Positions 40,433-49,159 of a stretch of 64,000 nucleotides of DNA are shown piece after piece. Position 1 is the stretch's first letter. Each line of letters starts with the position of its first letter. The stretch spans positions 2,656,001-2,720,000 of the forward strand of contig CBDFIJ010000004.1 of the NCBI GenBank assembly GCA_965248055.1. Direction: 5' to 3'. The position numbers were made by a program, and so were the translations under genes. The DNA comes from Candidatus Multivoradales bacterium (GTDB lineage: Bacteria; Acidobacteriota; Thermoanaerobaculia; Multivoradales; JAHEKO01). Below the pieces are notes generated by a model. The model searched no databases. It was not told where the DNA came from and saw only the letters and a program-made list of their open reading frames with translations.

Positions 40433-43400
40433 TCACTCCATTTTCCTGACGTGGGTGAGATCGGACAACTGCTCGCGAGTGGCTTTGGTGCGCATCTTGA
40501 TCGCGATGCGGAGTTCCTCATGCGGACCACATACCGACCGATAGTCGCAATACTGGCAAGCTCGCTCCCGTGGTGCGGCTGGAAAAAATCCAGTAGCCAT
40601 CGACTGATCGATGGTCTGGAAGACTGTAGTGAGGGACTGTTGCTGGTACTGCCCGGTGGCAACCGTGAGGCTTTGGAATCGCCCTTTCCGGGTCGCGTAC
40701 CACAGGCGGCCCTCACCGACTTCTGCGTCCAGGAGTTGCTCTGCGGCGTAGGCGTAGATCAGCGGTTGTAGCGCCTCACCTCCACCCACCACCAGGGAGC
40801 GGGTGTCGCGGGGTTTGCCGGTCTTGTGGTCGGTCACCCGATAGACGCCATCGACGGCTTTCTCCACCATGTCGATCGAGCCCTTGACTTGGAACCCGTC
40901 CAAGATCTCGGCCGGGTCTTTGGAGCTGGCTGGGTCGTGTTCCAAGTCTCTGGGGAGGCCAAAGGAAAGTTCAAAATAGGCGGGAGCGAACTCGGGGTGG
41001 GCGAGTAATTGCCGCAGCCAACCTCTGAGGTCGGTGCGGATGGACTCGACCTCACCTTGGAACACCACCGGGAGGGCTGGCCTTAGACGATCGGCGTACT
41101 CCGCTGCTACCTCTTCAATCACTTGATCCAACTGTGTGAGTAGGTTGTCCTCGTCCCGCTCCCCTAGCTCCAGCGACCCTTGCTCCTGCAGCTGGTGCAG
41201 GAAGCGAAACTGAATCGCGTGATAGAGGCTGCCGCGAGTCAAAGGGTCGATTTGCTCTAACGCGTGTGCATCATCGCGCGGTCGCAAACGCAGGATGCCT
41301 TGAAGGTAAAAACGATATGGACAGGCGGCGAAGTGCTGTAGGGCAGTTGGCGAATAAGCACGTTCTCGCAAGCTGTAGGAGGCTAGCTTCTCGAGTACTT
41401 GTTCACTCTCTGAGGTCTCACTATCCAGGGTCACCAGCCCATCGACCGCTGAGAGGAAATTGAGCCACCGTCGGCCGCGAACGCGCAGCGAGCGAGCGAG
41501 GTGAGGATTGGTCCTCAACAGATAGTTGGCCTGTCCGGGAGATCGATTGGCCCGCGAGCGAAGCAGCGGCAACAGTCGGACGATGTCGTACTCAGCGTCG
41601 TCCAGCGCAAGGTTGGGATTTTCTTGCAGTGGAGAAGTAGAACTGATCCCAGTCAAAACGCTGATGTCTCCGTAGGCAGCGGCGACCGCGTCGAAGGCGT
41701 AGAACGAGGGCACTCTGGCGCGTCCGGTTAGACCATCCCAACTGGGGTAGGAGATGATCAGTTTTGCCTCGGCTGAAGCTGCGGACACTTGGAGTCGCAA
41801 TCGCTCTTCAGAGATGCGGTCTTCGTTGGTGACCAGATAGGAGTCTAGATCGTGTCTGGTTGTATCGAGAAGAAGTGGGTCTTCGCGAACTTTGCTGGGA
41901 AAGATTCCTTCAGCCATTCCGGGGACCAGGACGGTGTCGAAGGTCAGGCCACGAAAGTCCTCGGCAGTGCCCAGGTAGACCTTTCCAAATGAAGTGCCGT
42001 CAGGTTCGACTCGGAGCAATCCCAGTCGTTCCTCCAGCAGATGGCGAAGTTCCGAAAAGCGAATCGCCCCGACACCAGCCATCGGTCGCAGGTCCGCGAG
42101 CAGCGTTAGTACTCTGCGGGGCTGGCGCAGCGACGCCCTGGCAAGTTGCTCTAGATCGGGAACCCAGTCACCGACGTCGGCCTCCTGGGGGAGGTCGTCG
42201 AGCTTCTTGATCAAGGGGAGTGCAAACGCCTTGAGGTTCTCTACTTGATCCAGTGCCGCACGAATCGCACGATGTTGAGCTTCTTGATCGAAAGCGAGCC
42301 GTTGCAGCCGGTAGCCAAGCTCGTGTTCCAAGCCCTCCAAACGTCGCTGCCAACGATCTGAACCACCAATGACCGACGCCTCGACCAGTAAGTCTTCCCA
42401 CCTACGGGGGAAGCGTGCCGATCGTGGGGAGCCGTTGTTTGCCGACTCTTGAATGGAGGTTGTGGCGTCCTCAAGGGAAAATAGACTGAGCTGCATCTCT
42501 TGTTCATCGTTGGCAATGGCGCGAGCGGCATCGTCTTGTGAAGCCACCCAAGGCAGAGCTGTCGGTGGTGATGCTTCTGAGTCTGGTTTCTGAGAGGGGG
42601 CTTGCGGAACCAAGGCTGGGACTTGGCCCAGCGAAAGATATTCTGCGAATCGATTCGCTGACAAACCCTCGGCCTTGCAAGAGAGCAATGCCAAGAATGC
42701 GCGGCCAGAGGGGTCAGGGCGCAACACCCCACGGCTGAAATACGCCGGAATTTCAGCACGCACGAAGGCTTCTTCCAGAACCGGCTGGTAGCCCTCAGGG
42801 CTTCGTAGCATGATGCCGATGCGATCGTAGGGGACGCCTTGCTTTGCTCGCGCTTGGATCGCTCGCGCCATTTCCAACGCCTCTCGCTCTTCGCCGGCAG
42901 CGGCGACAATCTGCACGGTTTGATCGTTTGCTTGGGGTTCGCCGTTTGGTTTCAAAGAGAACAGTCGTTGGCGCAGTCGACCGAGCCCGGTGCTTGGGTC
43001 GTTGTGGCTGATTGGTTCGACCCCTTGGCAATCCGGCCAGGCCTGCAAGTATCGATTGATGCTCTTTTGATCCCTGGCCTGGATAGCCGCGACGCAAATG
43101 ATTCCAGCCGCCGCCAGCGCACAGGCAAACTCGACCTCGGCCCTAGAGCGCAGCGGGTGATCGAGGGCCAGCAGGCCGTCCAGCGGCGGGTTCTGTGCTT
43201 CCTTCAAGGCCTTAATAGCGTGTTGATAGACCGAAGCGGTATCGGCGATCTTGGCTTGGTCCAGAGCCTCCCTGTAGCAGACGATGATCTGATTCAAATC
43301 CTTGCCGATGCGTGGAGGTGTCTGTAGCAGGTCAGGGTCGACACCCGCTTCTCGAAGCTCTCGAATCGTGGCTGAAAGGCGTCCTGGCAGGCCCGGCGAA

Positions 43401-43768
43401 TCAGCTACTTCTTGCAGCGCGGTCAGTGGTCGGGCCAAGCTGCGCAGAGCGCGAAATATTGCGGCTTCGAGGCCCAGCTTGGTTGCCGGAACCAGTCCCT
43501 GAGCAGACAGGGAGGGGGTCGCTAGGCGTACTGCCAGTTGCCACAGGGACCCCCGCTCAGTGCCGTCCAACAGGTTCGTCTCACCTGATTGGCTGGTTGC
43601 GCTGAGTACAAAATGTAATAGCTGGTTTGCCGACTGCCGCTGGGGCGCGGCGACCCACACTCTACGATTCCCCAGAGCTTGGATCGACTGTGCTGCGACT
43701 CGCAGCAGCTCAGCGTTGGTCACGGCTGTGAGCAAACGTGGTGGTGAGGCGGGGTTCGATGAGGGCAT
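40433..43768 (-). CDS. addB: AddB-like inactive helicase / PD-(D/E)XK nuclease with Fe-S staple
   Basis: SPTAL..FAACPY, RGSLYH, GSID...DHKTG, CQYCDYRSVC; directly upstream of addA. Confidence 0.85.
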   Translation of the reverse strand: MPSSNPASPPRLLTAVTNAELLRVAAQSIQALGNRRVWVAAPQRQSANQLLHFVLSATSQSGETNLLDGTERGSLWQLAVRLATPSLSAQGLVPATKLGLEAAIFRALRSLARPLTALQEVADSPGLPGRLSATIRELREAGVDPDLLQTPPRIGKDLNQIIVCYREALDQAKIADTASVYQHAIKALKEAQNPPLDGLLALDHPLRSRAEVEFACALAAAGIICVAAIQARDQKSINRYLQAWPDCQGVEPISHNDPSTGLGRLRQRLFSLKPNGEPQANDQTVQIVAAAGEEREALEMARAIQARAKQGVPYDRIGIMLRSPEGYQPVLEEAFVRAEIPAYFSRGVLRPDPSGRAFLALLSCKAEGLSANRFAEYLSLGQVPALVPQAPSQKPDSEASPPTALPWVASQDDAARAIANDEQEMQLSLFSLEDATTSIQESANNGSPRSARFPRRWEDLLVEASVIGGSDRWQRRLEGLEHELGYRLQRLAFDQEAQHRAIRAALDQVENLKAFALPLIKKLDDLPQEADVGDWVPDLEQLARASLRQPRRVLTLLADLRPMAGVGAIRFSELRHLLEERLGLLRVEPDGTSFGKVYLGTAEDFRGLTFDTVLVPGMAEGIFPSKVREDPLLLDTTRHDLDSYLVTNEDRISEERLRLQVSAASAEAKLIISYPSWDGLTGRARVPSFYAFDAVAAAYGDISVLTGISSTSPLQENPNLALDDAEYDIVRLLPLLRSRANRSPGQANYLLRTNPHLARSLRVRGRRWLNFLSAVDGLVTLDSETSESEQVLEKLASYSLRERAYSPTALQHFAACPYRFYLQGILRLRPRDDAHALEQIDPLTRGSLYHAIQFRFLHQLQEQGSLELGERDEDNLLTQLDQVIEEVAAEYADRLRPALPVVFQGEVESIRTDLRGWLRQLLAHPEFAPAYFELSFGLPRDLEHDPASSKDPAEILDGFQVKGSIDMVEKAVDGVYRVTDHKTGKPRDTRSLVVGGGEALQPLIYAYAAEQLLDAEVGEGRLWYATRKGRFQSLTVATGQYQQQSLTTVFQTIDQSMATGFFPAAPRERACQYCDYRSVCGPHEELRIAIKMRTKATREQLSDLTHVRKME

Positions 43769-43852
43769 CGGCGGCTAGAATAGCGCTAGGGGGCCACAGA
43801 GTCGGTCAATTCCGGTTATTCGCCCCGGACGATCTACTCGGCCGCTTTGTCT

Positions 43853-45328
43853 ATGACGATCAGGATTCACCACCGCCCCGAGGACCTAGAGGGTCTACAC
43901 CGGCTGGCTTTGCGGTTGATCAACGCCGATAGTCACGAGGACCTTCTCAACGCGGTTGCTGAAGAAGCGATGCGGATCCTGGTTGCCGATCGGGGTCTGC
44001 TACTGCTATCGCGCTCGGAGGGCGAAGATCCCCAGGTCGTTCGTTCGTGGGGGAAGCAATCCGGCAACCACGATGTCAGTAAAGCGGTCTTGGACCGGGT
44101 GATGAGTCACGGTGAACCGTTGTTGATCGAAGACGCGCTGGCGGACGAAAAACTTGCGATCCGCGAGAGTGTGCAGCGTTTGGAGATTCGTTCCGTTCTG
44201 GCGGCTCCGCTGCGTTTTGGTGGCGAGATCTGCGGTGCACTGTATCTGGAAACCACCCCTGATCTACGCATCTACGCTGATGAAGAGTTCGACATCTTTA
44301 ACCGCATTCTTGAACTGTCTTCCCGTGCTTTGGAGGCCAACACCAAGAAGTTATTGTTGGAACAAAGGAGCTCTCTTCTGGAGCGAGATCTTCGAGCCCG
44401 CTACCGGTTCCCCGGGATTGTCACCTCGCATGGCGCCATGCTCGCGGTATTGGAGACGCTGGGTAGCGTCGCAGCCACCAATCTGGCGATCCTGATTCAG
44501 GGCGAGAGCGGCACCGGCAAAGAACTGTTGGCGCGAGCGGTGTACGTCAACAGCCGCCGCAACGAATTGCCTTTCCAGGTCATCAACTGCGCTGCGATCG
44601 CCCCGACATTGATTGAGAGTGAGCTGTTCGGCCATGTCAAAGGGGCTTTTACCGGCGCCACCCAAGACAAGAAAGGTCTAATTGCCGAGGTCGACGGGGG
44701 AACTGTGTTTCTGGATGAGGTCGGCGAATTGCCGATCGAGTTGCAAAGCAAATTGTTGCGGACGTTACAGTTTGGCGAAGTGCAGAGGGTGGGCTCGGCG
44801 CGCGCAGAAACGGTAGACATTCGTTTCGTCGCGGCGACCAACAAGCGTCTAGATCAAGAGGTCGAGGCAAAACGTTTTCGCGAAGATTTGTATTTTCGCC
44901 TGAATGCCGTGGTGTTAGAAATCCCCCCTTTGCGTGATCGCCGCGAGGATATCTTGCTGTTATTCCAACATTTCCTGCGGCGCGAGTGCGAGGTGCAGGA
45001 GCGCGAGTTGCCCGAAGTGGCTGAACAAGTAAGAGTTGCATTGGCGGAGTTTTCTTGGCCGGGGAATGTCCGGCAATTGGAGAATGAGACTTTTCGCGCC
45101 TTGGCAATGGCCGGGCAAGAACGTCGGATCGAATTTCGCCATCTGTCGCGGCAACTCAGAGGTCATCGGGTTGAAGTAACTGCGCTGGAACCATTAGCCG
45201 AAGTCGAGCGCAAAGTGGTGCGAGAACATCTGCGTCGCGCGAACGGAAACAAATCACTGGCGGCCAGAACACTGGGTTTAAGTCGTGAAGGGTTGAGAAA
45301 GAAGCTAAACCGTTGGGAAAAGGTTTAG
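43853..45328 (+). CDS. GAF-AAA+-Fis HTH sigma54 enhancer-binding protein
   Basis: GAF domain, GESGTGKE, ESELFGHVKGAFTGA, FLDEVGE, FREDLYFRL, WPGNVRQL, HTH. Confidence 0.93.
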   Translation: MTIRIHHRPEDLEGLHRLALRLINADSHEDLLNAVAEEAMRILVADRGLLLLSRSEGEDPQVVRSWGKQSGNHDVSKAVLDRVMSHGEPLLIEDALADEKLAIRESVQRLEIRSVLAAPLRFGGEICGALYLETTPDLRIYADEEFDIFNRILELSSRALEANTKKLLLEQRSSLLERDLRARYRFPGIVTSHGAMLAVLETLGSVAATNLAILIQGESGTGKELLARAVYVNSRRNELPFQVINCAAIAPTLIESELFGHVKGAFTGATQDKKGLIAEVDGGTVFLDEVGELPIELQSKLLRTLQFGEVQRVGSARAETVDIRFVAATNKRLDQEVEAKRFREDLYFRLNAVVLEIPPLRDRREDILLLFQHFLRRECEVQERELPEVAEQVRVALAEFSWPGNVRQLENETFRALAMAGQERRIEFRHLSRQLRGHRVEVTALEPLAEVERKVVREHLRRANGNKSLAARTLGLSREGLRKKLNRWEKV

Positions 45329-45340
45329 GAGCGCCCAATG

Positions 45341-45441
45341 TGCCTCTAAAGTGGGCGAGTCAGGGTGCCAACAATACGGACACTGCAGCTGAGAAGGGAT
45401 TCTTTGGTGACCACTTAGTTGGCATCCACGGTCTGTTGGCA
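45341..45441. repeat. Four degenerate 17-bp palindromes (TGCCAAC-N3-GTTGGCA), candidate enhancer
   Basis: Copies at 45341, 45366, 45408 and 45425; three have one perfect half-site. Confidence 0.6.
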
Positions 45442-45528
45442 ACTGCGGATTGGATCATTTGAGGTTGCAGTTCGTGTTTAAGTGCTTGTTGTACAGCGGT
45501 TTACCAATAGTCCAGGTTCGACTAGAAG

Positions 45529-45545
45529 TTGGCACAGCTAGTGCT
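45529..45545 (+). promoter_or_regulatory. Sigma54 -24/-12 promoter TTGGCACAGCTAGTGCT
   Basis: GG at 45531-45532 and GC at 45543-45544 with canonical 10-nt spacing; IHF-like site at ~45478-45490. Confidence 0.8.
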
Positions 45546-45555
45546 CTTACAGAAG

Positions 45556-45688
45556 GGTGAAGATAACCGTCCTCGTGTTCGGCTGAGACGGTAGGAACTT
45601 CACGGTTAGTCTGGTTCCCCCCGCAATACAACTAGATTTTCCGTCCACTCCCCAAGAGACCCGGCTCCACGCCGGGTCTCTTTCTTTT
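45556..45688 (+). ncRNA. Candidate sigma54-dependent small RNA (~130 nt, three hairpins, C-rich loops)
   Basis: Lies between the sigma54 promoter and an intrinsic terminator; stems pair by eye; no credible ORF. Confidence 0.7.
45654..45688 (+). terminator. Rho-independent terminator
   Basis: 12-bp perfect stem AAGAGACCCGGC/GCCGGGTCTCTT, loop TCCAC, T-rich tail. Confidence 0.88.
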
Positions 45689-45759
45689 ATGGCTTTCGCG
45701 AAGGGGTGTTTTCTTTCCCTGAGCAAGCCGCTACCGTTGATTTCAGGATCTAGCCCCAG

Positions 45760-46977
45760 TCAGCAAGATAATCCCAGGATCCGGATGGATGACACCGAAG
45801 TGCCTATGTCCATGGCTGTCTCACCTGGGGGGATTTCTAGCAAGCACGGAGCACTAGCGAACGCGGCCAAGTGATGCGAGCCGATCGGCACAGTGACACG
45901 GCTGCGTCCTCGATCATCGCTATGGGCTGGCAAGTAGCGGGTTTTCTCGCGGTGCGGGTAGATCGGGCTAGAGAGTTGCTGTTGTATGCGTACCTGGTCC
46001 CAGACGTCGTTATCGCCCTCCAGAGCTTTCAGCAGCGGCAGGACAAACACATGAAAACCGACGAGGACCGCTGCCGGGTTGCCAGGTAGGCCGATGGCCC
46101 ATTGCCGCTGACGCCGGGCAATCAAGATCGGTTTGCCGGGCTGCATCGCTACTTTGTGGTGGCTGATTGTGAAGCCGACTGAGGTCAACGCTTCCGGAAT
46201 CAGGTCGTAGCGACCCGCGGAGACGCCGCCGGTCGTGATCACTAAGTCCAAATCAGCGGTCTGGTCCAGCGAGCTGCGCAGAGTTTTCATTTGATCACCA
46301 ACCACGCCGAGGGCGACGGGTTCGATTCCCAGGCCATCAAGCATGCCGTGGAGCAGGGGAGTGTGGGAGTCAGCGATGGTGCCGGCTGTAAGTTCGATCG
46401 GAGCTGAACCGCTGGCTGTTACAACTTCGTTTCCGGTAATCAGTGTTCCGACTTTGGGTTTGGAAAATGCGCGAACTGTGGTCCGCCCTTCGCCGGCAGC
46501 CATGCTCAGATGAATCGGGTTCAGTCGGGTAGGTGAAGCAACCAGTGATTGCCCAGCGCTGTGGACTTCGGCTTGGCGACGAATGTGAGCGCCGCGAACG
46601 GTTGGCACTTGGATTGTCACTGTGGAATCATTGAGGAGAGTGGTCTGCTCTACGGGTACCACACGATCCGTGCCTTCGGGGAGCCAAGCTCCGGTCATGA
46701 TCGCCACCGCGCAACCGGACTCAACCACTTCTGCAAACGGAGCTCCGGCGGCAACTTCCCCGATGACCTTCAATTGCGCCCCTGGTTGGTGATCGCCGCG
46801 ATAGGCGTATCCATCCATTGCCGACACATCGGCTCTCGGGTAGTCCCAGTGCGCCTCAATTGGCGCCGCTAGGACCCTACCCAGGGCATCTTGAAGGGCA
46901 ACCTGATGGCATTCGGTTGCTGCAATATGCGGTTGGATTTGCGACCACACAAGGTGCGGTGTTGGAAGAGGTTCCAT
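45760..46977 (-). CDS. moeA: Molybdopterin molybdotransferase
   Basis: ALGRVLA, SAMDGYA, IMTGA, TGNEV, TTGGVSAG, QPGKP, GLPGNP. Confidence 0.92.
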   Translation of the reverse strand: MEPLPTPHLVWSQIQPHIAATECHQVALQDALGRVLAAPIEAHWDYPRADVSAMDGYAYRGDHQPGAQLKVIGEVAAGAPFAEVVESGCAVAIMTGAWLPEGTDRVVPVEQTTLLNDSTVTIQVPTVRGAHIRRQAEVHSAGQSLVASPTRLNPIHLSMAAGEGRTTVRAFSKPKVGTLITGNEVVTASGSAPIELTAGTIADSHTPLLHGMLDGLGIEPVALGVVGDQMKTLRSSLDQTADLDLVITTGGVSAGRYDLIPEALTSVGFTISHHKVAMQPGKPILIARRQRQWAIGLPGNPAAVLVGFHVFVLPLLKALEGDNDVWDQVRIQQQLSSPIYPHREKTRYLPAHSDDRGRSRVTVPIGSHHLAAFASAPCLLEIPPGETAMDIGTSVSSIRILGLSC

Positions 46978-47027
46978 TGAGCACAGTCTGGTTTATTGCG
47001 ATGGTAGGATCAACCACTTTTTTCGCT

Positions 47028-47855
47028 ATGACTGCAGACCCCAATCGAAGTTCAACCGCCCATGCGATTCGTTTTGAATCGGAGCCAGAATTCAGGGTGT
47101 CTCTCGGACAAAGTGGACCACCTGAGATCCTCAGCGCGATCGAACGCATGGGCTTGACCGGAGTCCTGTCGGTGAGTCGTGGTGTGACGGTGAAAGAACT
47201 GACGGTCGAGGGCGGTGAATTGCTAAATGCTGCCTCGACCGATCTCCGTGACAGTTTGGGTTCTCACCTTGAAGACTCAGGGATTCTTGATGTTGAGACG
47301 TTGGAGAGTTTTGCCGACCCGGGCAAGGCAAGGTTGAAGCTCGGTGAGAGGTTGGTTGCGGCCGACGTACTGACCCCAAGCCAGATGCGGCGCGCGATTT
47401 GTGGCCAAATGGAATCGATCGTTCTCAGTCTATTTTCGTGGCCTGATGGAGAGGCCAGTTTTCGACCTGGGCCAGTCGAGAGCCGTTCGGGAGTCGGAGA
47501 TTTGGAGTTACGGCCCTTGATCTACCAAGGGATTCTCTCGATGACAGATCCAGGGCGGATCTTGGCCATTCTGGGTGGTCCCGAACGAATCCTACGACCG
47601 GTCCATCGACCGGAGGATTCGATTCGACTCAAACTGGAGACTGACGACTGGGAGTTCTTACGTTCGGTCAACGGCGATTTAACCATTGAAGAATTGGCTG
47701 CCTCGGGACCTTACATGTACCCCGACAACTTACGTCGGTTGTATGCTTTCGCGCTTTTGGGACTGTTGGAGGTGGGCGACAAGCCTGCGGCCAGCGGTGG
47801 TGGCTCCTTCAAGGTCAAAATTAGCCGTCCGGCTTCAGAGTCCTCGGTTGACTAG
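47028..47855 (+). CDS. DUF4388 domain protein
   Basis: TGVL, LG..L, LGERLV, LFSWPDGEASF pattern; start uncertain (47001 or 47028). Confidence 0.75.
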   Translation: MTADPNRSSTAHAIRFESEPEFRVSLGQSGPPEILSAIERMGLTGVLSVSRGVTVKELTVEGGELLNAASTDLRDSLGSHLEDSGILDVETLESFADPGKARLKLGERLVAADVLTPSQMRRAICGQMESIVLSLFSWPDGEASFRPGPVESRSGVGDLELRPLIYQGILSMTDPGRILAILGGPERILRPVHRPEDSIRLKLETDDWEFLRSVNGDLTIEELAASGPYMYPDNLRRLYAFALLGLLEVGDKPAASGGGSFKVKISRPASESSVD

Positions 47856-47881
47856 GCCGCGAAAAGACATCTAGGAAAACA

Positions 47882-48214
47882 ATGCCAATTTACGAATACC
47901 GGTGTACCAAGTGTGCGCAAACGACAGAACTCATTCAGGGAATCAACGACCCTGCCGCCAGCAAATGTCCAGAATGCGGTGGAACCCTAGCAAAACTATT
48001 CTCGGCTCCTTCCTTTCAATTCAAGGGCAGTGGCTGGTATGTCACGGACTATGCTGACAAAGGCCAAGGAAATAAGGTGCAAGGAAGCCAAGAGCAAGGG
48101 ACCGAGTCGGGCGAGGGAAAGGGCGACAATTCGACCGATTCTGAGAGTTCGGCGAAATCGGAGAAAGTAGAGAAGAAAGAAAAACCCAAGACAGTGACCA
48201 CTGCCTCCGAGTGA
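47882..48214 (+). CDS. FmdB family zinc-ribbon protein
   Basis: MPIYEYRCTKC...CPECGG...FKGSGWYVTDY; low-complexity tail. Confidence 0.92.
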   Translation: MPIYEYRCTKCAQTTELIQGINDPAASKCPECGGTLAKLFSAPSFQFKGSGWYVTDYADKGQGNKVQGSQEQGTESGEGKGDNSTDSESSAKSEKVEKKEKPKTVTTASE

Positions 48215-48295
48215 GACGCAGCAAGCTAGCCTCGACTCAAGCCAAAAAATTTTCGCACGCCACCCCGGTAGCTGTGCCTGAGGGGCGAAGCGAGC

Positions 48296-49159
48296 GTGGG
48301 TAAGACGACCGTCGAAGCACGCGGTAGTGGGACACGCGGTAGCGATGCGACCGAGGTACTGCACCAAGCTCTGCACCAAATCGAGGCTGGGCGTAAGGTA
48401 GCGATTTGCCATATTCTGGAGATTCAAGGGTCGGTTCCCTGCCGACCTGGGTGGAAGAAGCTGATCACTGATGACGAAACGACATTCGGCAATTTGGGGG
48501 GCGGAGCTTTCGAAGCCCAAGTTATCGCTGATGCCCTGCAACAGCTGCAGGGCACTTCGACCGGGATTCGCGATCGTTACTACTTCACCGAGAAGGCGAA
48601 ACAGGGTTTGGCGACTGGAATGTCCTGTGGCGGTTACGCTGAGGTTTGGATCGAAGTAATGTGCGCTAGCCCGGTTTTGGTGGTCTGCGGCGGTGGCCCG
48701 GTTGGTCAGGCGCTGGCGGTGCATGGATCCTTGTGTGGGTTTGAGGTGTTGGTGGCCGACGACCGAGCTGAGTTTGCCGATCCTGAGCTTCACCCCAATG
48801 CTCAGGTTGTCGTTGTTCAGTCGGATTACCAGAATCTAAAGCTAGATCGTTTCGAGTCGCGAGATCTTTACGTTTGCGTGGTCAGTCGCGCTTGGGATGT
48901 GGATGCTGCGGCACTTCGCAGCGTGCTGGAACAAGAACGAAAGAACTTGAGATACCTGGGGCTGATGGGCAGCCGCCGAAAGATTGCCAAAGTCAAAGAA
49001 CACCTAGCTGACCTGGGGCCCGGGGTGGAGTCGATTCGAGCTCCCATCGGTCTCGCCATCGGCGGTCAGACTCCGGCAGAGATAGCAGTATCGATTGTCG
49101 CTGAGTTGATCCAGGTTCGTTATCAACCGACAGATTCTGAACCGCAGCCGTCGCCTTAG
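48296..49159 (+). CDS. XdhC/CoxI family Mo-enzyme maturation factor
   Basis: GSVP, GNLGGGAFE, GMSCGG, YLGLMGSRRK, APIGLAIGGQTPAEIAVSI. Confidence 0.9.
   Translation: MGKTTVEARGSGTRGSDATEVLHQALHQIEAGRKVAICHILEIQGSVPCRPGWKKLITDDETTFGNLGGGAFEAQVIADALQQLQGTSTGIRDRYYFTEKAKQGLATGMSCGGYAEVWIEVMCASPVLVVCGGGPVGQALAVHGSLCGFEVLVADDRAEFADPELHPNAQVVVVQSDYQNLKLDRFESRDLYVCVVSRAWDVDAAALRSVLEQERKNLRYLGLMGSRRKIAKVKEHLADLGPGVESIRAPIGLAIGGQTPAEIAVSIVAELIQVRYQPTDSEPQPSP

Noticed and set aside
36973-43768. Helicase plus Cas4-like nuclease as a defence or CRISPR system
   Set aside because: Order, size and motifs fit housekeeping AddAB; no array or cas genes seen.
45557-45586. 9-codon ORF GTG...TGA (MKITVLVFG) inside the candidate sRNA, reminiscent of a MoaD N-terminus near moeA
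   Set aside because: Very short, no spaced SD, buried in stem 1, no continuation; probably chance, though leaderless translation is not excluded.
47996-48793. 265-aa minus-strand ORF
   Set aside because: Antisense shadow of FmdB and XdhC.
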